Source: Octopus sinensis (lineage: Eukaryota). Taken from it: DNA of 64,000 bases. Position numbers and translations under genes: made by a program. Position 1 is the stretch's first letter. The number at the start of each line of letters is the position of its first letter. The DNA is taken from assembly GCF_006345805.1 (NCBI RefSeq), contig NC_043008.1, forward strand, positions 54,126,001 to 54,190,000. The letters run 5' to 3'. This document shows positions 1 to 13,222 of this stretch, in pieces. The notes under the pieces were generated by a model. It saw nothing but the letters and a program-made list of their open reading frames with translations, was not told the origin of the DNA and searched no databases.

Positions 1-51
1 GGCTAATCTGGCCGGGTTCCATATCCATCAATGTACGATAACTAACTAAAT

Positions 52-96
<45 letters not shown>

Positions 97-201
97 AACT
101 CACCCACGCACAAGACACAGAATTCTAATACGGTTGTAAATCTTGTATGTTTATGTACGAGTTAGTATGTGTGTGTCTGCTAGTCTGTGTGTGTACATAT
201 A

Positions 202-404
202 TACTCTTTTACTTGTTTCAGTCATTTGACTGCGGCCATGCTGGAGCACCGCCTTTAGTCGAGCAAATCGACCCCGGGACTTATTCTTTGTAAGCCCAGT
301 ACTTATTCTATCGGTCTCTTTTGCCGAACCGCTAAGTGACGGGGACGTAAACACACCAGCATTGGTTGTCAAGCAATGCTAAGGGGGAAAAACACAGACA
401 CACA

Positions 405-447
<43 letters not shown>

Positions 448-611
448 CGACAGGCTTCTTTCGGTTTCCGTCTACCAAATCCACTCACAAGGCTTTGGTC
501 GGCCCGAGGCTATAGTAGAAGACACTTGCCCAAGGTGCCACGCAGTGGGACTGAACCCGGAACCATGTGGTTGGTTAGCAAGCTACTTACCACACAGCCA
601 CTCCTGCGCCT
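202..611 (-). mobile_element. tRNA-derived SINE, family A (head AGGCGCAGGAGTGGCTGTGTGG, internal CA/TA microsatellite), full length
   Basis: Minus strand gives A-box-like TGGCTGTGTGG and B-box-like GGTTCAGTCCC, then body, internal microsatellite and AGTAAAAGAGTA tail. The same sequence recurs at 7241, 8525, 12480, 43537 and 58253. Confidence 0.9.
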
Positions 612-836
612 GGTATATATATATCTTTGGTACTCGAATCATAACGGTTACCATGGTTTCATTCCTACCAATCGCTCCGGTTTCGACTCCTAGCCGACGC
701 AGGTCTTCATTTTTATACTTCCAACTATGGCTGTATGGTGGGGAGTGTCTTCTACAGTCTAGAGTTCCAGGCCGACCAAAGCTTTATGAGTAGATTTGGT
801 GAACGAAAACGGAAAGAAACCCGTTGTGTATATATA

Positions 837-1373
837 CAGGGGTTGGACAAAATAATGGAAACACCTAGCATCATAGCATCATAATTTTGAAATAGCTATA
901 AAACCGTCAAAAGCTTGTTTATTTTTATGTTTTTTTTTTATTTATTATAAGTGTTACTTAATATGTTTTGCTAAAATTGCTTTTTCTTTTCAAATATCAT
1001 CAAAAAAAGTTAATCAAAATTCATTAGAATGACAGATCTATTAGACTTTCAAAGAGGCCAAATTGTTGGTGCTCGTATGGCAGGCGCTAACGTAACGAAA
1101 ACAGCCGAAATGTTTGGTGTATTAATAAGTACTGTCTCGAAAGTAATGACAGCCTTTGAGAAAGAGGGAAAAGCCTCCTCGTCGAAACAAAACTTCGGAA
1201 GAAAACCAAAACTTTCAGATAGAGACCGTCGTACTCTTACTCGAATTGTTAGAAAGGATTACAAAAGTACAGCTCCCAAAATTACTGCAGAGCCTAATGA
1301 ACACCTTGAGAACCCAGTTTCCACAAAACCGGATTTCATGGGAGGGCTGCAATCAGAAAACCACTACTTTCAA
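837..1373 (+). mobile_element. Tc1-family transposon, left end only, truncated transposase
   Basis: TA followed by TIR-like CAGGGGTTGGACAAAATAATGGAAACACCT. ORF 1029 encodes a Tc1 paired-like HTH (FQRGQIVGARMAG...GRKPKLSDRDRR). After an internal deletion, GFHGRAAIRKPLL continues in another frame. No DDE domain or right TIR. Confidence 0.9.
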
Positions 1374-1514
1374 TTTGTCGGCACGATGACACCTATTGAG
1401 GTACAACCATATGTCCTTCTCTGCCTTCCTATCTGCAAGCAATAAATAAGCCTGTTCCTTTCCTCATTGACATGTCACCTTTGAGAAATTCTTAATTCTT
1501 GAGATCATGAATAA

Positions 1515-1588
1515 ATAGATAGACAGATAGGTAGATAGATAGTAGATAGACAGACAGACAGACAGACCGATATATAGATAGATAGATC

Positions 1589-1644
<56 letters not shown>

Positions 1645-1655
1645 TATAGATAGAT

Positions 1656-1712
<57 letters not shown>
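1515..1712. repeat. (GATA)n/(GACA)n microsatellite
   Basis: Direct reading. Confidence 0.97.
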
Positions 1713-1814
1713 TTAGGCCACTGTTATATGTGTGCTTGTCTTTGTGTGTGCGTTTATGTTTATCAGTATAAAGTAATATAAAGTTGCATCTCTGTTTAAA
1801 TCATTGCCCCCCCC

Positions 1815-2180
1815 CCCACCACCACCACCACCGCTTGACAACCTGGTGTTGGTGTGTTTACGTCTCAGTCACTTAGCAGCTCGGCAAAATTGACCGATGG
1901 AATAAATACCAGACTTAAACAAAAATATAAGTACTGGGGTCGATTCGTTCGACTAAAATTCTTCAAGATGGTGCCACAACATGGCTGCCGTCTAATGATT
2001 GAAACAAGTGAACGATAACAGACAAAAGATAACTGTTCGATAAATGGATTCGCTGAAATATGTACTAAGGTCAATCTAATCAACTACAACCGTTGAAATC
2101 AATAACTGGCCATAGCTGCAGTTCAATGGTTGGACCAAATAAAAGAATAAAAGAATAAAAGAATAAAAGAATAAAAGAAT
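1815..2180 (+). mobile_element. Diverged SINE family A 3' half with (AATAAAAG)n tail
   Basis: GCTTGACAACC...GGTGTGTTTACGTC...GGGGTCGATT matches the body of 202-611; (AATAAAAG) repeats at about 2138-2180. Confidence 0.75.
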
Positions 2181-2609
2181 AGAGAAATTTTAAACTTTCA
2201 TCCACTTCTCTTTATTACATCTTAATCATAGAACTTATTCATGGGTTTTGTCAATTTATTACCAGCAGTTATTTGTCACTAAAAACATCATTGATATCTC
2301 TCTCTAAATATTTAACTTTATCTTTAAATCCTTATTCGTTTTCTCTTTGTTTTTCTTTACCGCTATTCTCTGCTGCTGCTTGCATTCCGACACAGATTTA
2401 ATCCTTCAATGTTGGTTTTTCACTTCTTTGTGTGTCGTTTATTATTCTGAGTATCTTTTGTTTTTAATGACTGGTTTTTTGTTTGCTTTGGTTTGGTTTT
2501 GTTTTGTTTTGTTTTGCTTTTATAATCGATTCTGTGTTAAAACCCGCCATTTTTCTTATCATTTGTCCTTGTAATTTTCCCGTCATTGTCTTTCTAATAA
2601 TAAATAAAC

Positions 2610-2890
<281 letters not shown>

Positions 2891-2933
2891 CTGTGGTATT
2901 TTTCAGGTACGGTCTATGTATGTAGCGCTATAT

Positions 2934-3120
2934 CTATGGAACGAAATTGAAGATATCTCTCGAATAGAAAACATTATTATTATTCGTAAGACATTTGACC
3001 AATAAACTATGGAACGAAATTGAAGACATAATCTGTTAGACGCAAAACATTAATATTATTCGTAAGACAACTGACTGTTAAACTATGGAACGAAATCGAG
3101 GACATAACCTATGACAGAAA
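2934..3120. repeat. Degenerate tandem repeat, about 2.5 units of 73-76 bp
   Basis: CTATGGAACGAAAT starts at 2934, 3007 and 3083; TATTCGTAAGACA occurs in units 1 and 2. Confidence 0.8.
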
Positions 3121-3136
3121 TAAATTTTATATTATA

Positions 3137-3561
3137 AAGGTGGCGAGCTGGCAGAGTTGTTAGCACGCCGGGCGAAATGCTTAGCGGTATTTCGTCTGCT
3201 GCTACGTTCTGAGTTCAAATTCCGCCGAGGTCGACTTTGCCTTTTATCCTTTCGGGGTCGATTAAATAAGTAGCAGTTACGCACTGGGGTCGATGTAATC
3301 GACTTAATCCGTTTGTCTGTCCTTGTTTGTTCCCTCTATGTTTAGCCCCTTGTGGGTAATAAAGAAATAGAAATAGGTATTTCGTCTGCTGCTACGTTCT
3401 GAGTTCAAATTCCGCCGAGGTCAATTTTGCCTTTTATCCTTTCGGGGTCGATTAAATAAGTAGCAGTTACGCACTGGGGTCGATGTAATCGACTTAATCC
3501 GTTTGTCTGTCCTTGTTCATTCTCTCTGTGTTTAGCCCCTTGTGGGTAGTAAAGAAATAAG
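3137..3561 (+). mobile_element. tRNA-derived SINE family B (head AAGGYGGCGAGCTGGCAG), tandem dimer
   Basis: Head, central GTCGACTTTGCCTTT-ATCCTTTCGGGGTCGA and tail TTTAGCCCCTTGTGGGTARTAAAGAAAT; a second 5'-truncated unit starts at GTATTTCGTC (about 3377). Confidence 0.9.
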
Positions 3562-3954
3562 AAATAAATTTTATATTATTTACATTGTTTCTCAAGGAAA
3601 TTAGTATTCTCTAGAATTCAGTTCCTTGTGATTGACCACTGTAATTCGTTGACCGGAACTGTGGACCCAGTCAGCGAATTAAAGTGAGTATGTACGGTCA
3701 TACGCACATTTCTCTGTTATGAAAACAAAGATGTATAAAGTATATTTTAGGTTTGTTAAATGCAAATGCGCTGTAGCAAAATATTATTTTAGATTATGTC
3801 TTCGATTTCGTTCCGTAGTAAATATTGTGCAGAGCGCTTGCTATTTTCATGATTCTTTCAATACTTTCAATACTTTCAACAGAAAAAAACAAAAAGAAAT
3901 CAACTAGTATTTTCTCAAAGACAATTGTATATGGGCGCAGTCATATTGGCATTT

Positions 3955-4093
3955 CCAGTATCATCATCATTATTATTATTGTTGTTGCTGTTGTTGTTGC
4001 TGCTGCTATTATTGTTGTTGTTGCTGCTGCTATTATTGTTGTTGTTCCTCTCATCATCATAATCGCTATCATCATCTTTATTTCTATTGCTAA

Positions 4094-4138
<45 letters not shown>

Positions 4139-4160
4139 CATCATCATCATCACCATTATT

Positions 4161-4195
<35 letters not shown>

Positions 4196-4232
4196 TATTA
4201 TTATTATTATATTATTATTATTATTATTACTA

Positions 4233-4263
<31 letters not shown>

Positions 4264-4362
4264 CATCATCATCATCATCATCATTCATCATCATCATCAT
4301 CATCATCATCATAATCATCATCATTATTATTATTATTATTGTTATTATTATTATTATTACTA

Positions 4363-4411
<49 letters not shown>

Positions 4412-4422
4412 TATTATTATAT
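3955..4422. repeat. Compound (ATT/ATC/GTT/GCT)n microsatellite
   Basis: Direct reading. Confidence 0.95.
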
Positions 4423-4934
4423 TTTCTCTGTAAAAAAAATAACTTTTCGAATTACCGGCTTTGATGGTGCATTATTAATATTATTGTTTATATTTTTTAT
4501 TATTTACCATCACCACAACAGGCACCATCATCATCATCATCATTATTATCATCCTTTTAGGGAATGTTTTTTTTTTTCATCGGCTTCTAACTTCTTTTTC
4601 CCGAAAACTAAATTACGACGCACAACAGTTAGTTGAACGGCTTTTTATGAATAACTAGAATAAGAAAATCAAAACTAATTCTAACCGAAATTGTCCTTTA
4701 CAGACAATATATATATACATATATATATATATAATATATATAATATATATATATATAATATATATATATATATATGAGATTTTTCTCCCTTCCACCTACT
4801 TCAGGAAAGACCCGATAACAAAATCACATATCTTAAGTGTTTTGCAAGCTTTTGATCGATAAGCTAGCGTACCTGTTTTCAACTACACTTCCACAAAGAA
4901 GTTTGCGCTGGTTGCCAGGCTGACGAGAAAGATA

Positions 4935-5288
<354 letters not shown>

Positions 5289-5705
5289 CTGCAAGAAGAA
5301 ACAAAGAAAACAAGAAGAATAAGAATGCGCAAATCGAAATGAAATAAAGCACAACCTGTCGAAAGAAGTAGAAATACAACTTGGAAGTTTGCAATAAAAT
5401 AAGGTAAAATAGAAATAGAAATAAAAATAACTACAGCGAAATTGTTATTTTTACAGCCAGTTTTTTTTTGGTGTAGTTTTTTTGTTTGTTTTATTAAGGG
5501 ATTTTTTTTCACCACGATTTCATTGAAGGCGAGTTTTGCATTGATTTAATGATACATAACGTCCTCTACTCACCAGCTGTCGATACAATAAGCATAACAA
5601 CAATGACAAAAGCAACACCAACAACGACGCCGACGGACGATAACGACGAGGATGATGACGACGATGATGATGATGATGATGATGATGACGATGATGATGG
5701 CGATG

Positions 5706-6158
5706 ATTTCTTTATTAACCACTAAGGGTTAACAAGCAGATAGAGGACGGTGCAAGTCGGTGCAAGACGGTGCAGAACGGTGTACGGCAGTACAACACAA
5801 TATGATATGATGTAATATGATGTGGGGTTATATGAGGGTGTGTAAAGAGCAAATTAACAAAAAAGAAAACAAACAGTCAGACAAGAAAATTCGCCAATAG
5901 TGAGGAGTCCTCTAATGGCTGCTCTTGAATATCCAAAAATACCACGGCTACGCTGGCCACTAGAGAAAGTACCCTCTCCTCATCCTCCTCCCTCAATTAA
6001 TAGGTGGGTGTTATCCTTGCCACACTCACCTGTCCTCTCTTTCCATTTCAAGTGGAACTTGAAAAAAGTTGGTGAGGGCTTAATCAAAGAATAAGATGTC
6101 TCTCTTCAGCTCTTTCAATCTGGTCCACTAGAAAGACTCCTTTGCTAAGAACACTAGA
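5706..6158 (-). mobile_element. 3' end of a non-LTR retrotransposon, probably L1/Tx1-like, with (ATC)n tail
   Basis: Minus-strand translation with stops and a frameshift: FLVFLAKESF*WTRLKELKRDILFFD*ALTNFF/KFHLKWKERTGE, resembling an ORF2 C-terminus. It is followed by a UTR ending GTGGTTAATAAAGAAAT and an (ATC)n tail at about 5650-5708. Clade assignment is from recall. Confidence 0.55.
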
Positions 6159-6892
6159 AAAATAAAAGAATAATTATACATGTACAACAGAAAAAGACCT
6201 TTCGGCAATCAAATGGACGTATTGAGATAACGCAAAGGAGAAATGAAAATAGTCCTAAGGAACAGAGCGAGAAACCCAGACAGACGTGACCGGTCCGGCC
6301 AAAGGCAGGCAAAAAAGAACACCGTCTTAGGCAGACACTGGTCACATAGTAGTGGGAGGAAAGAGGAAGAGTTGTAGAGGACAGAGGGACTAAAGAAACG
6401 GAGGAGAATAAGAGAGAGCGAAATAGAGACAGACAGAGAAAAAGTAAAAAGTTCAAAGGGAGGCAAGGAAAAGAAAGAGATAGTATAAGAGTCGTACAAC
6501 AAATAAAGAACAGTCTACAATATATGTACAATTATTATTTTTCTGTTGTATAGCCGAAAGGTCTTTTTCTGTGGTATACGTATTATTATTTTATATTTTG
6601 TTGTATATGTACATTTGTTATATTATTTTAGCTTGTCTTGTTTGTTTTGGTCCCTGAATACATTATTTAGCTAAACCCAGAATCTTCCTGCCCTGGCACT
6701 ACCAAGACGGAGTGGTATCAATGTTAAAAACCCAAAACCACTAGGATGTCCTGGACACTGACTGATGAGGAATCAGCTGCGAATTTTCCGTGTCATTCAC
6801 TGCAACACCTGTTTGTCATTGCACAGAGACCATCCGGACTTCGCCGTGAGCGATAATTGATCTTCTCTCTTCGCTCCTTTGCACCAAATGGG

Positions 6893-6970
6893 CTCTTTCT
6901 GCCCTTCTTTGTACATCGGACAAACGAGATGCCACGTTGCTGACTGGTTCACGGAGCACCTCCGAGACAG
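6893..6970 (+). mobile_element. Penelope-like GIY-YIG endonuclease fragment
   Basis: SFCPSLYIGQTRCHVADWFTEHLRD matches the PLE motif CxxLYIGQTGRRLADRFxEHLR. Confidence 0.75.
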
Positions 6971-7169
6971 ATTCGGCAATGAGTGTGATGGTCTTTTTCT
7001 GTGGTATGTGTATTATTATTTTATATTTTGTTGTATAGGTATAATTGTTATATTATTTTAAGTTGTTTTGTTTGTTTTTGTCCTTGAATACATCAGAAGT
7101 ATCCATTGGCGGTAGTGTAATGGATACTTCTATCCCTTAGACGGTTATTTTAACCTCTAACTCAGCTAA

Positions 7170-7238
<69 letters not shown>

Positions 7239-7240
7239 TA

Positions 7241-7403
7241 CGACGGGCTTCTTTCAGTTTCCGTCTACCAAATCCACTCACAAGGCTTTGGTCGGTCCGA
7301 GGCTATAGTAGAAGACACTTGCCCAAGGTGCCACGCAGTGGGACTGAACCCGGAACCATATGGTTTGTAAGCAAGCTACTTACCACACAGCCACACCTCC
7401 GCC

Positions 7404-7404
<1 letters not shown>
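7241..7404 (-). mobile_element. SINE family A, 5' half
   Basis: Near-identical to 448-611. Confidence 0.88.
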
Positions 7405-7471
<67 letters not shown>

Positions 7472-7564
7472 GTGGGGGAGAATTCACGAAAAAATACAAG
7501 TCGAAGACAGGTGGTGTAGAAAACAAACAGATGTATTAGTATAACGCTCGGGAATCGAAAATGT

Positions 7565-7600
7565 CTTTTACGTTTCGAGCCTACGCTCTTCCACAGAAAG
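7565..7600 (-). ncRNA. Minimal type I hammerhead-like motif, variant core (CUGUGGA)
   Basis: Minus strand: CTTT CTGTGGA A GAGC GTAG GCTC GAAA CG TA AAAG. Stem I 4 bp, stem II 4 bp, palindromic ACGT stem III, GUA triplet; A6 replaced by U. Confidence 0.6.
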
Positions 7601-8524
7601 GAACACAGAAAGAAACAAGCAGAGAAAAAATGTGTGAAGTGGCTACCGATCTATCATTAAATATTTCTTTTCATTGTTCCTCTTTTTTCTTATTGTGTTG
7701 TTACACTCGTTGAAACTTTTACATAGATGTAGTTTACTGGTTGGGCATGTGAATGTCAACATGATAAAAATTACGCCAAACATATCCTTATGCAAAGTCC
7801 GGGGGATCAAGGTGTCCAAAGTATTCCTAGAGGATTGCATGGAGAAATGTTTTTAGAAAGGATTATTTTTATTCTGTAACGGGAAAAGAAAATATGTAAG
7901 ACAAACATGCAACATGTGTCGGTGCATGTGTATGTGTCTATGTGTATATGTCTGTGTGAGTGTGAGTGAGAAAGAGAGAGATGAGAGAGTCAAACTTTCG
8001 CTCAATCTCCTCCCTACAAGCCTCTGCTCACAATGCAAGCCAACTTAGAGCTATGTTAAAATACACTTGTACAAGATGTTGTGAAGTTGGCTCGTATCTT
8101 GAATCCGAAATCCAGTATCACATAGTCCAAAACTTGCTGAGGTTGAATTACCTTCTTGGATCGATGAAATACATATCAGACGAGTACTGGCATTGATATA
8201 ACTCGCTACCTCCACCCGATAATAAACGACATTACGTTTCTGATAAACATCTTCATAGTTACATGTTCCAAAATATCATTGAATTCTCGTTTCCAAAAAT
8301 AAAATTTCAAAGAAAATTTAAGATAGACTTTTTTTTTGCATCTTTCAAACAAATCGAAAATTCAATTTTGTCAAATGTAATTTTGTTTTCCAATATCATT
8401 CGAATAAAACGATATCTCTTTGTTTTAGTCACGATTACGAACACAAAACAAACACGATTTTTATTTTACTTAAATATGCGATTAATGCCACTTCATAATT
8501 GAATTACACACGAATCTCTTTTCC

Positions 8525-8743
8525 TTTTACTTCTGTTACTCTTTTAACTATTATTTGTTTCAGTCATTGGACTGCACCCATGTTTGCACATCGTCTTGAA
8601 GGGTTTTAGTCGAGTAAATCGATCCCAGTAATTAAGTCTGCTACTTATTCTAACGGAGCCTTTTGCCGAAACTCTGAGTTACAGGGATGTAAACAAACCA
8701 ACACGGTTCTCAAATGTGGTGGGAACAAACACACACACACACA

Positions 8744-8796
<53 letters not shown>

Positions 8797-8964
8797 AGCA
8801 CACACACACACACATAAAGGGATTCTTTCAGCTTGCATTCACAATATTTTTCCGGCCTGAGATTATAGTAAAAGACACTTGCTCAAGGTGTCACACAGTG
8901 GAGTTGAACTCGAAACCATGTTGTTGGGAAACAAACTTCTTACCACACATTCACGCCTGTGCCT
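8525..8964 (-). mobile_element. Diverged SINE family A
   Basis: Colinear similarity to 202-611, including the internal microsatellite. Confidence 0.8.
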
Positions 8965-9920
8965 ACTTGGTGTTTTTTCTTTGGTTGGGGGGGGTGAGAT
9001 GTCTATTTAAAAAAAAAAAACATTTCTATATAGCGAACAAGTTACTACAGGAAAAACAATCCATGGTGAAGGCGTCCACTGACGAGTGAAATAAACGAAG
9101 CATTCCAAATAATTTCCCTTGCTTGTTAAACTAGAAAATGCTTTTAGTTTAGCCATAATTCATTGTGCTTAAGGACCAGGCTTATACCTACTTTTATCTA
9201 CATATTTAATAGTGCATTTTATCCATATAAACTGGCGATTTAAACGTGAAATGGTTTACAGATAAAGAAATTAACCAAAATAAAGGTACGTCTGCGTAAC
9301 AGTGAACTTATTTCTACCAATTTTATGCTATATTTGGCTTCAAGTGCCAAGGCATGTAACAATTTCTATGATTGTTGAGGAAATTAAACATAGGTCACTT
9401 GGTCAAAGTAATTTCCTTTCGGTAGCTCGACATTTCATTTGTGGTCTGATGGAAAGAAAACTTATTCTTGTATATGTGTGAGTATGCTGTGTGTGTATCT
9501 GTATGTAGAACTTCCAGTCGATCAGTAGAATCAATAGTTTCTGGTTATTGTGTGAATGAATCACACCTGATATCTGTCATGATGTTATCTGTTCTTCACT
9601 ATTAATTGTTGATGCAGAAATGTGTATTGATTTATTTTGGATATATACATTTTCGCAAGCTGGGAATATACTTGATTTAGTTTCAACCCGCGGTACTTCT
9701 TCTATCAACCACGGCTGGACGAAACGTAAAAATCGCAGGAACAGAAATATGAAACTTGATATTCTAAGGATTTTAATGAAACAAGAGTGAATAGTTTTTG
9801 TTAATTAACCTGCTGATCCTTCATAACCTTACAACATTTGTCATTCATTATCGTAGCTTGTATTTGACTGGACATATTAAATATCCGGTTATAAAGTGAG
9901 TAAACGTTATCAATACTAAT

Positions 9921-10400
9921 AAGGCGGCGAGCTGGCAGAATCGTTAGCACGCCGGGCGAAATGCCTTGCGGTATTTCATCTGCCGCTACGTTCTGAGTTC
10001 AGATTCCGCCGAGGTCGACTTTGTCCTTCATCCTTTCGGGATCGATAAATTAAGTACTAGTGAAACGCAAATTCAAGTCGTGTGCGTATAGTAGAAAGGT
10101 TATCATTACTAATCAATTCATATAAGGTGGCGAGCTGGCAGAATCGTTAGCACGCCGGGCAAACTGCTTTGCGGCGTTTTGTTCGTCTTTACATTCTGAG
10201 TTAAAATTCCGCCGATGCCAACTTCACCTTTTATCATTTCAGTGTCGATAAAATAAATACCAGAGTCAAACACTAGAGTCGACTTAATTAATTCATAAGG
10301 CGGCAAGCTCGAGGAGTCACTAACACGCCAGAAAAAAATGTTTAATGATATTTTATCCGTCTCTACGTTCTGGGTTCGAATTCCGCCGAGATCGACTTTT
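9921..10400 (+). mobile_element. Cluster of three SINE family B copies (heads at about 9921, 10123, 10297)
   Basis: Repeated AAGGYGGCRAGCT...GTTCTGAGTTC heads of increasing divergence. Confidence 0.82.
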
Positions 10401-10616
10401 TTCTGAAGGCTGCTTGTATACTTTATGTACTAACAGTCAAATAATCAATTTTCATACATTTTGTTTGTTTAAAATTATAAAATTGTAGGCTATTGCTTTA
10501 TTGCCACTAATAAATTTTAAATTTATTTTGAAACAAATGTTTTACACGAACAATTTTATTTTGAAATTAAACACAATACTTCAAAAAAGTATCAGGCTGG
10601 CTGCAAGATAAGCGTC

Positions 10617-10660
10617 TGCGGGCCGCATGCGCCCCGCAGACTTCAGGTTGGTCATCTCTG
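10617..10660. mobile_element. hAT-like element terminus
   Basis: GCGGGCCGCATGCGCCCCGC...AGGTTGGTCATCTCTG resembles a Charlie-type subterminal repeat plus TIR; the opposite end was not found. Confidence 0.45.
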
Positions 10661-11167
10661 ATCTAAACTATACAAAAACTAAAACTAATCCGCCATCTTT
10701 ATTATAAACATTTGTCATTCATTAACTTTTTTCGATATATTTTCCTTCGTTTATATTACAATTTAATATATTAATATACTGGTTTTATTATTAACACACT
10801 TTATATATTAAAGTTTATTAGTTTTTTCTGATAATTTAATTCTGTCTTTTGTACAAGTTTATTGTGACTATTATTCTTTTATGGTGTTTTTATACATTCT
10901 TGAAAGTTGTATTCCGTATGATTCATTTCATCTTGTATAATGTCTTCATCACAATCATTGTCACCGTTATTGTTATTATCATCATCATAGTCACCATTAT
11001 CATCATCATCATCGTCAACACTAATAATATTTTGTTAGACATCTGGAGAGAATAAATAAGATTTTTTATAATTCGTTGATTACGGTTGAATTCGAACTTA
11101 ACAATGCTATATATAATACCGTGTAAATATTAGACTAAAGACCCATTCTACATAAGAGGCCGACGGC

Positions 11168-11236
11168 TTCCCGTGCGAATTGAACCCGTATCTTCCGTGA
11201 AAATGATAGACGTTCCACCTTTGGACCAGGGCAGTC
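11168..11236 (-). pseudogene. tRNA-Glu(TTC)-like degenerate sequence
   Basis: Minus strand: TGGTCCAAAGG (A-box-like), TTTTCAC anticodon loop, GGGTTCAATTC (B-box) and 3' ACGGGAA; the acceptor and anticodon stems do not pair. Confidence 0.5.
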
Positions 11237-11565
11237 CTTCAAATTTCTCTATATATTTTTAAAACTTTGTCCTTAGCGAGAATTGTATTTTGTATACTTC
11301 ATAAAATTTTTAAGGCTTTAAGATTACATGAAATAACTCGTTTATTTCTGTTGAGCTCGAAATAGATAAAGCTATATGTGGTATACAGAATTCTTTATAT
11401 GCAACGAAATGCAAAGATGAATTACTCCAATAATCTGCCAGTGCCTGCTTTATGATTCTTCTGTCATGGATGAGAAAATGATAAAACAGGTACCAGTAAT
11501 CTACTGTACTCAACAGAGCTGACTTTATCTTCCTTTAATATTAAATATAGACACAAAGGTGACGA

Positions 11566-11660
11566 GCTGGCAGAAACGTTAGCATGCCAGGCGAAATGCT
11601 TAGCTGTATTTCATCTGGTTTTACGTTCTGAGTTCAAATTCAGCCGAGGTCGACTTTGCT
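11566..11660 (+). mobile_element. SINE family B 5' fragment
   Basis: AAGGTGACGAGCTGGCAGAAACGTTAGCA...GAGGTCGACTTTGC. Confidence 0.8.
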
Positions 11661-12479
11661 GGCTTTGTGTCAGGCACTCTCAGGCACAACATAAAGTATT
11701 CTATCCCAAGTTTGGCATAAAATGAGCAATTAATTTGATTAGGATTTCAGGGAGAAGCGAAACTGCTTCACGATTTTGCTTTCTGGGTACTTGTCTCTGG
11801 ATCAACTGAAGGACGCACAAATAATATTTATTCGAAGCAAAGTCTGGAACGGCTTTGATGGTAAGGCAGTTTGAACCCGATGACCCGAGACAAAACAGTC
11901 ACAACAACGACGAAGGTGACGTGGACAACGACTTATATTTGCTTGAAAATTCCATTCACTCGGCCATCTTACTTCTAAATATCTCATTTAGTTCATGAAA
12001 AATATGGATTATAATTTCTACGACAGGAAATAAAAGAAAAAAGCTTCGTGTTTTATTGTAGTTTTCATTTCCATTCTTTTTTGCTTTCCAATTCACACTT
12101 TCTTTTTTATTATTTTTCATTCACGCAATCTTGAGAACTTTGTTCGCCATGGAAACAAACTGTGAACGTGCCGTAGACGAGTACGGTGTTTGTATATTTG
12201 GAATAACTGAAATGGCATCACGTAAGACGAAGAATCATTGTTTGTTTGATGTTCGTCTTGATGACTTAAGTCTTGAATGGTCGGCAAAAGTCACCGAAAT
12301 TCTACTTGGCAGAATATTCACTGACAAATATTTCAGTAGCTGCGTATTTTCTTTCATTCGTTTAAACAAAGAACATCTCTTAAACAGAATCAATGTTATC
12401 ATATAATGCTAAAACCTGTATTTGTTTTAGCATTTATTTATTTATTTTATTTTTATGTTTAGCAGTTTTATTTTTTATT

Positions 12480-12661
12480 TTTTACCTATTTCAGTCGTTG
12501 AAATGCGGCCATGCTGGGACATCGCCTTGAAGGGTTTAATCAAACAAGTTGAACCCAGTAATTATTTTTTAAGTCTGATTCTTTTTCTAACGAACGGCTA
12601 ATTTATGGAGACGAAAACAAACTAACACCAGTGGTCAAGCTGTGGCGGTAGACAAACATAT

Positions 12662-12709
<48 letters not shown>

Positions 12710-12733
12710 TAATATATATATATATATAAATAC

Positions 12734-12772
<39 letters not shown>

Positions 12773-12773
12773 A

Positions 12774-12859
<86 letters not shown>

Positions 12860-12941
12860 ATATAATATATATATATATTATATATATAAATATATATATT
12901 ATATATATATATATTTATATATATATATATTTATATAAATA

Positions 12942-12992
<51 letters not shown>

Positions 12993-13010
12993 ATATATAT
13001 TTATATAATA

Positions 13011-13065
<55 letters not shown>

Positions 13066-13069
13066 ATAT

Positions 13070-13141
<72 letters not shown>

Positions 13142-13143
13142 AT

Positions 13144-13174
<31 letters not shown>

Positions 13175-13189
13175 ATATATATATATATA

Positions 13190-13222
<33 letters not shown>

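Noticed and set aside
640-712. Two GAAAC-palindrome segments on the minus strand (GAAACCATGGTA, GAAACCGGAG)
   Set aside because: No intact CUGANGA core or consistent stems; at most decayed HHR halves.
2934-3120. CRISPR-like array
   Set aside because: Eukaryotic context, only about 2.5 units, homologous linkers and no cas genes.
6758-6790. CTGATGA at 6762
   Set aside because: No stem II closing onto GAAA.
9075-9105. CTGACGA GTGAAATAAAC GAAG
   Set aside because: GAAG instead of GAAA; stem II only 2 bp; no stem I or III.
11751-11860. AG...GTAAGG-bounded open frame EKRNCFTILLSGYLSLDQLKDAQIIFIRSKVWNGFD
   Set aside because: Weak polypyrimidine tract, no homology and no partner exons.
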